From assembly GCA_964515765.1 (NCBI GenBank), contig CAZEWE010000002.1, positions 1 through 34,670 of the forward strand: 34,670 bases of DNA, read 5' to 3'. This DNA comes from an uncultured Methanospirillum sp. (lineage in GTDB: Archaea > Halobacteriota > Methanomicrobia > Methanomicrobiales > Methanospirillaceae). Positions 11,153 to 18,691 of this stretch are shown in pieces (within the stretch, counting starts at the first letter, position 1; the number at the start of each line of letters is the position of its first letter). Under the pieces are notes generated by a model. That model was given only the letters and a program-made list of their open reading frames with translations. It did no database searches and was not told the DNA's origin. Both the position numbers and the translations under genes were made by a program.

Positions 11153-11919
11153 GAGCATACCGGGACCAGCATTTCCTGACTGATCCCCGGATTGTTGCCC
11201 GGATAGCAGATATTCTGGATATTTCACAGCGGGTTGTGCTTGAGATAGGTCCGGGCGATGGTATTCTGACTCAGGTGCTTCTTCAGCGGGGTGCCAGGGT
11301 CATATCTGTTGAGCTTGACAACAACCTTATCGGGAGATTGTCAGGGCGTTTCGCATCTGAAATTGCAGATGGATCTCTTACACTAATTCAGGGGGATGCG
11401 GTGAAGGTGCCCCTCCCGCCATTTGAGATTGTCATGGCTAACCTTCCCTACTCCATCTCTTCTCCGATAACCTTCCGGCTGCTTGATATCGGATTTGAAG
11501 CTGCAATACTCATGTACCAGAAAGAGTTTGCAGACCGGATGATGGCCCACCCGGGAACCCGGGACTGTGGCAGACTCTCTGTTATGCTCCAGACCTATGC
11601 ACGGGCAAACCGGTGCTTTGATCTCCCCCCCGGCGCATTCTCCCCACCGCCTGCAGTCAAATCTACGGTTATGTGGATTGAACCAAGGGAACCATTGTTC
11701 CCGATTCATGACCGGAAGGTGTACGAAGATATCGTCCGCGAACTCTTCACCAGGCGGAGAAAGACGGTGCAGTCCACTCTGAAGGCTCTGGCAGGGAAAT
11801 TTGGAAAAGAGAAGATTGAATCGGTCATCAGCAATCTTGATCCTGAAATTCTGTCATCACGACCGGAGGCACTCTATCTTGAGGACTTTGCCACCATCTC
11901 CAACCAGCTCAGTTCCTGA
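11149..11919 (+). CDS. ksgA: 16S rRNA (adenine-N6,N6)-dimethyltransferase KsgA/RsmA
   Basis: QHFL, LEIGPG.G.LT, ANLPYSISSP, MYQKEFA.R, GRLSV, AFSPPP.V.S. Confidence 0.96.
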   Translation: MRAYRDQHFLTDPRIVARIADILDISQRVVLEIGPGDGILTQVLLQRGARVISVELDNNLIGRLSGRFASEIADGSLTLIQGDAVKVPLPPFEIVMANLPYSISSPITFRLLDIGFEAAILMYQKEFADRMMAHPGTRDCGRLSVMLQTYARANRCFDLPPGAFSPPPAVKSTVMWIEPREPLFPIHDRKVYEDIVRELFTRRRKTVQSTLKALAGKFGKEKIESVISNLDPEILSSRPEALYLEDFATISNQLSS

Positions 11920-12463
11920 TGAAGGGCAGATTTATCAGCCAAGGGAAGATACTTTTTTTCTGCTCGAGAAGGCTCTGGCAGAGATAATGCCGGATGATAT
12001 CGTCCTTGAAGTAGGCACCGGGAGCGGATACGTTGCCTCATCTCTTCAGGGCTGCCGGATGATTTGCGCAACTGACATAAATCCTCATGCCATGCTCTCT
12101 GCTCATGCACGAGGGGTTGCGGTTGTACGAACAGATTTTGCTGCAGGTTTTCGCCGGGTTTTTACTCTTGTCCTCTTTAATCCTCCCTATATCCCGACCC
12201 GGCCGGATGAGCGATTGAATGACTGGCTTGAGTATGCCCTTGACGGAGGACCAGACGGAAGAGAGCCACTTTTCCCATTTCTTGATCAAATACCGGATGT
12301 TCTGATTCCTGGTGGCCGGATTATGATACTAATCTCATCACTCCAGAATTTTGAAAAATGCGAGGAACTCTTTAAAGGTGCCGGGTTTTTCTACGGAATT
12401 GCCGGTCATGAGCTCCTTGAAGATGGTGAGGAATTGAGAATATACCGCCTGAAAAAAGTGTGA
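11888..12463 (+). CDS. hemK: HemK2/MTQ2-family protein N5-glutamine methyltransferase (start uncertain)
   Basis: YQPREDT, VLEVGTGSG, TDINP.A, FNPPY, DGG.DGR motifs; nearest in-frame start is TTG 11888. Confidence 0.85.
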   Translation: MPPSPTSSVPDEGQIYQPREDTFFLLEKALAEIMPDDIVLEVGTGSGYVASSLQGCRMICATDINPHAMLSAHARGVAVVRTDFAAGFRRVFTLVLFNPPYIPTRPDERLNDWLEYALDGGPDGREPLFPFLDQIPDVLIPGGRIMILISSLQNFEKCEELFKGAGFFYGIAGHELLEDGEELRIYRLKKV

Positions 12464-12468
12464 GCAGG

Positions 12469-13101
12469 TTATTGCATATTGTTATACCGGTGCATAATCT
12501 CTTCAATGGAACAGTGTTTCATCTCAATCAGGGCACTGATAACAGAATCTGCAAATATCATAGCAGAAGTCTCAAACAGGGTTCCGAGGGGAGTGCATGC
12601 AGCTGAAATTGACCGGTGTTCACCACGGAGCTGTCGCAGGTCAAAGTGATCCGGGCCGACATTACAACTCTCTTCTTCCGTATTCAGAAGAACTACACAA
12701 TTTGCAAGCTCTGCCATCGGTGAGACCCTGGTTCCGGTGATCAGACAGATCTGACCTCCTATCTGACGGGTGGTCTCACATGCCTCCATGACAGATTTTG
12801 TCTTTCCTGATCCTGAAAATGCAATCAGGGTATCCTTCCCGTGAAATGAAGGGGTGACGGTCTCTCCTACCACATAGGAAGTAAGACCCAGATGCATCAG
12901 GCGCATGGCAAAGGATTTTGCAACAAATCCTGAACGCCCCGCTCCGATGACAAAGATCCGGTCAGACCCCATCAATGCAGAGATGAAACAATCAACCTGA
13001 TCCTGTTCCAATGTCTCTGCTATCTCTCCGATGCGGGAGATCATCATGGACATGATATCCCGAAGGGGGATACATGGTTCTGTCGTGGGTGGTGAAGACA
13101 T
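12469..13101 (-). CDS. hxlB: 6-phospho-3-hexuloisomerase (SIS domain)
   Basis: IFVIGAGRSG.V.K.FAMRLMHLG, VGET.TP, SGSGKT, PLGTLFE, terminal R.NN; start could be a downstream Met. Confidence 0.92.
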   Translation of the reverse strand: MSSPPTTEPCIPLRDIMSMMISRIGEIAETLEQDQVDCFISALMGSDRIFVIGAGRSGFVAKSFAMRLMHLGLTSYVVGETVTPSFHGKDTLIAFSGSGKTKSVMEACETTRQIGGQICLITGTRVSPMAELANCVVLLNTEEESCNVGPDHFDLRQLRGEHRSISAACTPLGTLFETSAMIFADSVISALIEMKHCSIEEIMHRYNNMQ

Positions 13102-13148
13102 GAAATATGCTGTATTTTCGTTGGTTTTGGAAGTTCATCTTCCTTTGC

Positions 13149-14636
13149 TTAGTGCCTGAAATACCTGATTCCGGTAAATACCATGGCCATTTTCCTCCGG
13201 TTCGCCTCATCAATGACTTCGCTGTCCCGGATTGACCCTCCTGGCTGGATCAGGGCGGTGGCTCCTGCCTCGGCAGCAACTTCAAGGGTATCTGAAAATG
13301 GAAGAAATGCATCTGATGCAACGACGGAGCCCTTCAGGGGGAATTGAGCCTTCGAGATGGCGATCTTTGCACTATCAACCCTGCTCATCTGACCGGCACC
13401 AATTCCAAGGGCCCTGTTTTTATCTGCAAAGATGATGGCGTTGCTTTTCACATGCTTACAGACCTTCATGGCAAGCATCATGGCCGCCTCTTCATCAGCG
13501 GTCGGATCCCGGTCAGTTACTACCTGCCATTCCTCTCTCTGAACCGGTGTCACCTGAACGAGAGCACCTCCATCAATGGTTCTGACGGCTGCATGTCCTG
13601 CAGGCTCAGTGAGAGTGAGGAGCCGGAGGTTTTCCTTGGTCTTCAGGATCTCTCTCGCCTCGTCAGAGAAAGATGGGGCTACAAGCACTTCAATAAAGGT
13701 TGAGGCAATCTCTTTGGCAAGATCTGTGGTAACCTCCTTGTTGACCGCAACAATGCCACCATACGCGGAGACCGGGTCCACATCCCTGGCTGCAATGTAT
13801 ACATCGCGAATAGTCTCCCCGGTCGCAACCCCGCAGGGATTATTGTGTTTGACGATAACTGCTGCACATTCATCAAATTCACGGAGGAGTCCGACTGCTG
13901 CATCGACGTCAAGGTAATTATTGTATGACATCGCTTTCCCCTGGAGCGGGAGACTGCCACCGATTCCACTCTCTCCATAGACAGCAGCAACCTGGTGAGG
14001 GTTTTCACCATACCGAAGCATCCGGCCATTTCTGAACTGAACCGAATAAACGGGTGGCAACTCTTCCTCAAGACCATACAGGTAGTTGCTGATGGCTCCG
14101 TCATATGCTGCCATCCGGGCAAAGACCTTCCTGGCATAGGCGAGTCGCTCTTCCTTGGTGAATGACGATCTGGATGATACGGCTTTCATAAGTGCAGGAT
14201 AATCTGCCGGGTCAATCACCACAAGGACATCCTGGAAGTTCTTCGCTGCAGCCCGTATCATCGCCGGGCCACCGATGTCGATGAATTCGATCAGTTCATC
14301 AAGGGGAAGGGACTGCTTTGTCATCTCTTCAAAGGGATAGAGGTTGACGACCACCAGATCAATCGGGCCGATATTGTGCTCTTTCATCACCGCGTCGTCA
14401 GTACCTCTCCGACCGAGGATTCCTCCATGGATTCTCGGATGTAATGTCTTGACCCGGCCGTCCATCATCTCCGGAAATCCGGTATATTCTGATACTTCAA
14501 TGATGGGAATACCTGCAGTGTTGAGAACTTTTGCGGTCCCCCCGGAGCTTAAAAGTTCAATCCCGGCCTGGTGCAGGGTCCGGGCAAGGTCGATGATACC
14601 ATCCTTGTTCCAGACTGAAAGGAGTGCACGCTTCAT
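13149..14636 (-). CDS. purH: Bifunctional AICAR formyltransferase / IMP cyclohydrolase
   Basis: RALLSV, GRVKTLHP, NLYPF, IDIGGP.M.RAAAKN, LRYGENPHQ, KHNNPCG, GAGQMSRVDS, ASDAF, QPGGS.RD, FTG.R.FRH. Confidence 0.97.
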   Translation of the reverse strand: MKRALLSVWNKDGIIDLARTLHQAGIELLSSGGTAKVLNTAGIPIIEVSEYTGFPEMMDGRVKTLHPRIHGGILGRRGTDDAVMKEHNIGPIDLVVVNLYPFEEMTKQSLPLDELIEFIDIGGPAMIRAAAKNFQDVLVVIDPADYPALMKAVSSRSSFTKEERLAYARKVFARMAAYDGAISNYLYGLEEELPPVYSVQFRNGRMLRYGENPHQVAAVYGESGIGGSLPLQGKAMSYNNYLDVDAAVGLLREFDECAAVIVKHNNPCGVATGETIRDVYIAARDVDPVSAYGGIVAVNKEVTTDLAKEIASTFIEVLVAPSFSDEAREILKTKENLRLLTLTEPAGHAAVRTIDGGALVQVTPVQREEWQVVTDRDPTADEEAAMMLAMKVCKHVKSNAIIFADKNRALGIGAGQMSRVDSAKIAISKAQFPLKGSVVASDAFLPFSDTLEVAAEAGATALIQPGGSIRDSEVIDEANRRKMAMVFTGIRYFRH

Positions 14637-14735
14637 GTGGTAATACGTGGGTCATCAGGTATAATGAGGATACTGGGGCATATCACTGACGAGCAGAACA
14701 GGAGGGAAATCAGAAAAGAGAGGATATGGAATATA

Positions 14736-15797
14736 TTATCTTCTTTTATTTGCTGCAACGAGCATCACTGCCGCAAGAGACAGAACAGAGACCAGAACTC
14801 CTAGCGGCTGTTTTTGTGCAGACGGTTTATCTTTGGGGGGTGAAGGGAGCGGGGGTTTTGTTGGCTTTGCGGTCACTTCAATCGAAGACTGAGTGACAAT
14901 AGGAGCAATATCAAGTGTCAGTTCAGGAACCGGTGTTTCTGTCGGAGTCGGAGTGGGTGTCGGGGTTGGCGTGGGAGTGTCGGTCTCCTTTTCTGAACTA
15001 TCTGTTTCCGTATCTTCAGAGTCTGTTTCGGATTTTTTATCTGAATCATCTTTCTCTGATTCCTTCTCCTTTTCCGGCTTGGTCTTGCTTAACAAAAAGG
15101 TCGTTTTCAGACTGGTTGTTATACCGTCACCAGAGTTCTTCTCGGCGATATCATTCACTTCTATGGTGGCCCACGCGGTATATTCTCCTTCAGGATATTT
15201 TTCATCATCCTTGGTTTCCCAGACAGCGCCGGTGTCAAAGGGACTATAATAGACGAATATTTTTTCAAGATTATACGTACCCGTTGGTGACTGGAGCGTC
15301 GTGAATGTCGTCTCATTCGGACCGGTCAGGTTGAGCCTGACAGGGACTCCGGCAGAACCTGGCCGCTCGTTTAACAGATACATATTGGACGATATCTTAA
15401 ATGAGACAAGATTCCCCTTTTTAATCCATTCGGGTTCATGATCTATACCCTGCTCTACCACATCCATCTGAATCCAGGGATCTTCGACCTTGAACACAGG
15501 CTTTTTACTGATGAGCCCGTACCAGGTTCCGGTCTTACCGGAAAAGAATGCAGGGTCCACAAAAAAATGCCGGGCGTCCATAACTTTGGCACGGGAGTCC
15601 GGTGTTCCTTCAGGGGAACCTGAACTCCAGAAGGCTATCTCATCCCCGGCCCTGACATTACATTCAGAGATATCAATGTCATTTTCTCCAACAAATACCG
15701 TCCCTTCTTTTGGGATCTTTGAATCCAGTGCGTATGCCCCGGTCCCAAAGAGAAGAAGAGAGAGTATGAGTATCAGGAAAAATCTGGAAAAATCCAT
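14736..15797 (-). CDS. DUF3821-type cell-surface protein with signal peptide, acidic/PT-rich linker and C-terminal membrane anchor
   Basis: Signal peptide, IPKEGTVFVGE..IDI, FFVDP..F.GKTG.WY, (PT)n linker, QPL-hydrophobic-KRR tail. Confidence 0.75.
   Translation of the reverse strand: MDFSRFFLILILSLLLFGTGAYALDSKIPKEGTVFVGENDIDISECNVRAGDEIAFWSSGSPEGTPDSRAKVMDARHFFVDPAFFSGKTGTWYGLISKKPVFKVEDPWIQMDVVEQGIDHEPEWIKKGNLVSFKISSNMYLLNERPGSAGVPVRLNLTGPNETTFTTLQSPTGTYNLEKIFVYYSPFDTGAVWETKDDEKYPEGEYTAWATIEVNDIAEKNSGDGITTSLKTTFLLSKTKPEKEKESEKDDSDKKSETDSEDTETDSSEKETDTPTPTPTPTPTPTETPVPELTLDIAPIVTQSSIEVTAKPTKPPLPSPPKDKPSAQKQPLGVLVSVLSLAAVMLVAANKRR
14929..14990 (-). repeat. Low-complexity Pro-Thr (PT)n coding repeat
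   Basis: Degenerate hexamer repeats encoding ETDTPTPTPTPTPTPTETPV. Confidence 0.85.
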
Positions 15798-15879
15798 AAT
15801 AGAGTATCATTTTCGGTTTTTTTAGATATTTGCGTGCCGGGGGACTTTAGTGATACGTGAACATCATATTCCATAAGGG

Positions 15880-17124
15880 ACGAGTACTATCACGCAGTTT
15901 GCTCTTGTTATCCTGGGTCTTGTCTTTATCCTGATTGCAATCCGTCAGGTCGGCCGGTTTTCTTTTCGGATATGGCAGGTGATGCTGGCCGGAGCAGTGC
16001 TGACTCTTATAACCGGACAGATATCACCTCACGATGCAATCCAGGCCATCAATCCTGGTGTCATGCTCTTTCTGCTTGGCATGTTCATCGTTGGTGAAGG
16101 GGTCAAAAACAGCGGGCTTTTGGATGACTGTATCACCTGGATCTGCCGGCATGCAAGGTCAGGTGACATGCTTCTGGTTCTTATCATCGGGACCATGGGA
16201 CTGTTATCAGCGATTTTGATGAATGACACCATTGCCATTATCGGAGCACCCCTGATCCTGGTTCTTGCCGGGCGGTTTGGTGTTTCAAAACCAGGGGCCA
16301 TGATAGCCCTCTGCTTTTCTGTGACTACCGGAAGTGTATTCAGCCCGATTGGAAACCCCCAGAATTATCTCATCGCCTCATACGTCCCGGATATGTCACC
16401 GTATCTCCTCTTTTTTTCCGGTCTTTTCATCCCGACCCTCCTCTCGCTCGGCGTGATCTATGTCTTTCTTCGACCACTTTTCAGACAAGCCTGCATTCCG
16501 GCTGAAGAGTGCAGAATTCGGGAGATATCTCCGGATATCAATCCATGGCCGGTGTATCTCTCATTTCTTTTCATATTCACCGGCATTGGAATGCAGGTAA
16601 TAAACGGCCTCTTTCAGATTGGGTGGGCAGTCCCTATCGAGTGGATTGCAATCACCGCAGCCATTCCTGTTCTGACTTTTTCACAAGAACGGACCAGACT
16701 TCTGAGGAATATTGACTGGTACACCCTCATCTTCTTTGCAGCCATGTTTGTCCTGATGCAGAGTGTATACAATACCGGGTTCTTCCAGGGGCTGATGCCG
16801 GAGACAGGAGGGACAGATATTCTGCTTGTGCTGGTTGCAGGCATCCTCTTCTCACAGGTCATCTCAAATGTCCCTTTTGTAGCACTCTTCCAGCCGGCAC
16901 TGTTATCCACAGGGGTATCGCCGGCAATCGTTCTGGCACTTGCGTCAGGAAGCACCATCGCAGGAAATCTTACCATCCTCGGTGCAGCCAGCAATGTTAT
17001 CGTCGTCCAGCAGGCAGAGCGGTATGGGGTTCACATATCAATGAAATTATTCTGCAGATATGGCATTCCGGTGACATTCTGCCAGATGTGCATCTATGCG
17101 ACATTTCTGATTGCAATGTCGTAA
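15880..17124 (+). CDS. ArsB/NhaD/citrate-transporter-like anion permease; true 5' end probably upstream of the ORF-track start 15979
   Basis: Many TM segments, NDT, GS..SPIGNPQN, IDW.TL.FF, SNVP, STIAGNLT.LGAASN; frame stays open and hydrophobic back to TAA at 15874-15876. Confidence 0.85.
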   Translation, partial: TSTITQFALVILGLVFILIAIRQVGRFSFRIWQVMLAGAVLTLITGQISPHDAIQAINPGVMLFLLGMFIVGEGVKNSGLLDDCITWICRHARSGDMLLVLIIGTMGLLSAILMNDTIAIIGAPLILVLAGRFGVSKPGAMIALCFSVTTGSVFSPIGNPQNYLIASYVPDMSPYLLFFSGLFIPTLLSLGVIYVFLRPLFRQACIPAEECRIREISPDINPWPVYLSFLFIFTGIGMQVINGLFQIGWAVPIEWIAITAAIPVLTFSQERTRLLRNIDWYTLIFFAAMFVLMQSVYNTGFFQGLMPETGGTDILLVLVAGILFSQVISNVPFVALFQPALLSTGVSPAIVLALASGSTIAGNLTILGAASNVIVVQQAERYGVHISMKLFCRYGIPVTFCQMCIYATFLIAMS

Positions 17125-17164
17125 TCCGGAGCCTAATTAGGCATAACAGGTATTGCATGGCATA

Positions 17165-17177
17165 TTATTATATACGA
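17165..17177 (+). promoter_or_regulatory. Putative TATA box for the receiver gene at 17215
   Basis: ttattatatac about 40 nt upstream of the ATG. Confidence 0.4.
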
Positions 17178-17214
17178 CAAATAAAAGACGCTGAGTTATA
17201 CCCTGGATTGTCCC

Positions 17215-17598
17215 ATGTCAGGAATACTGGTCGTTGATGACAAACCCGCACACCGCGAACAGATCGCGGAGATTCTCAGCAATGCCGGATATCGGGTTAC
17301 CGGTAAGGCGTCGTCAGGGGCTGAAGCGATAACCATGTTTCATCAGATTGAACCTGACCTGGTCACGCTTGATCTTATCATGCCAGATATGAACGGTATG
17401 GATCTGCTCAGAATTATGAAGGGGACAAGTCCGATGGTGTCATTTCTCATCTGCACTTCTATCTGCCATGAGATGATTGCAGATCTTGCAAAACGTTCGG
17501 GTGCTGATGCACTCTTTCACAAACCTATCTCTGATTCTTCACTTCTTGCTACCGTTTCCGAAATCCTTGGATCGCCATACCAGGAACAGGAAGCATAG
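17215..17598 (+). CDS. Stand-alone CheY-like response regulator receiver
   Basis: ILVVDD, PDLVTLDLIMPDMNG (phospho-Asp), CTS, HKP. Confidence 0.9.
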   Translation: MSGILVVDDKPAHREQIAEILSNAGYRVTGKASSGAEAITMFHQIEPDLVTLDLIMPDMNGMDLLRIMKGTSPMVSFLICTSICHEMIADLAKRSGADALFHKPISDSSLLATVSEILGSPYQEQEA

Positions 17599-17964
17599 TC
17601 TCATTTTTAAAAGGTATAAGATGATCCGGGAGGGGATCCCGGACCTGAAAACAAGGTTTATGGGGTGTATCCATTTCCGATCCAGGGCAGATTATTGTGC
17701 GGGGAGTGCTGGATGGGGGGTTTAAAATATCTGCCTGAACCGGTCATGTCTCTTCTGGTTTTGTATTATCCTCTGGTGAGGACGGCATACCGGATGGGTA
17801 GGTGTGGGGCTTTTGCGGTACAGCTTTGGTATCACCTCCGAACCATTCGTGCAGGGTAGTTCCTGCGCATGTATAGTTATATTTACATTCTGTTATATCT
17901 ACTTTCCTCATGGACAAACACTCTCAGCTTTTTGTCATCAATTATGCGCATTTATCGCCCCTGA

Positions 17965-18168
17965 TCAGGGAGCAGATTCTTCAAAAACAAAGATATCTTC
18001 AATGGTAACCTGGAACCGACGTGCCATTTTAAAGGCCAACTCTAGGGAGGGATCATATTTTCCCTTCTCTATTGCCAGAATGGTCTGTCTGGTCACGCCA
18101 ACTTCCCGTGCAAGGTCTTCCTGAGTCAGATCATGCATCGCCCTGAAAACCTTGATCTTATTCTTCAT
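17965..18168 (-). CDS. XRE/Cro-family helix-turn-helix transcriptional regulator
   Basis: MKNKIKVFRA..DLTQEDLA..VGVTRQTI.AIEKGKYDPSL.LAFK; ATG 18168 after GGAGG-like SD. Confidence 0.92.
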   Translation of the reverse strand: MKNKIKVFRAMHDLTQEDLAREVGVTRQTILAIEKGKYDPSLELAFKMARRFQVTIEDIFVFEESAP

Positions 18169-18580
18169 CCTCCCCTCCGGCACCAAATTTTCGCTCGTAC
18201 CAGGAGATGAAAAGGATATACACGATAATCATCAGAAAGACAATGAACATGAGGAGGAATGAAAACCGGGCAATCTGATACGAGAATGGTCCAAACGTAT
18301 CTCCCCCAAGACTGATAACCACTCCACCAAGGGCATATGAAAATAATGTAATCCCCATAACCTGCAATGTTCGCAGGGAAGCTTTCTCAGTGATCAGGTG
18401 AGAGCGTTCATCAGAAACCACATCATCAACCATCTGCCTTGAGATCCAGGCTGCCAAAACCCCAATAATAACCGCTCCGGTCATAACCAGGGGTTCAAGG
18501 TTCTCCACAGACCAGAAAAATATCCCGGCTTCAAGAATTGCGATGACACCAAGGAGAAGGAAATATGTGTATTGCTTCAT
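18158..18580 (-). CDS. DUF2178-type membrane protein
   Basis: Four TM segments with central VVSDERS..I.EKAS..TL motif; overlaps the XRE gene; ATG 18580 preferred. Confidence 0.75.
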   Translation of the reverse strand: MKQYTYFLLLGVIAILEAGIFFWSVENLEPLVMTGAVIIGVLAAWISRQMVDDVVSDERSHLITEKASLRTLQVMGITLFSYALGGVVISLGGDTFGPFSYQIARFSFLLMFIVFLMIIVYILFISWYERKFGAGGEDEE

Positions 18581-18691
18581 AATGCTTTGTAACGGATTAG
18601 TGTATCTACCCCGGAGAGGATAAGCATATTTGTCACGATAACTGGCAAAATCCAAATCGGGCCCTTGGATGCAGTACGCTAGGTAAAAAAT

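Noticed and set aside
11951-11960. T-run as a programmed frameshift joining ATG 11919 to hemK
   Set aside because: The conserved YQPREDT motif lies upstream of the T-run in the hemK frame, so a shift there would lose it
14929-14990. Short tandem repeats as a CRISPR or contingency locus
   Set aside because: Degenerate codon-level repeats encoding a PT linker; no spacers and no perfect units
17599-17964. SRP (7S) RNA, RNase P RNA or tRNA in the large intergenic gap
   Set aside because: No SRP helix-8 motif, no GAGGAAAGUCC RNase P motif, no cloverleaf or T-loop; too little long GC pairing
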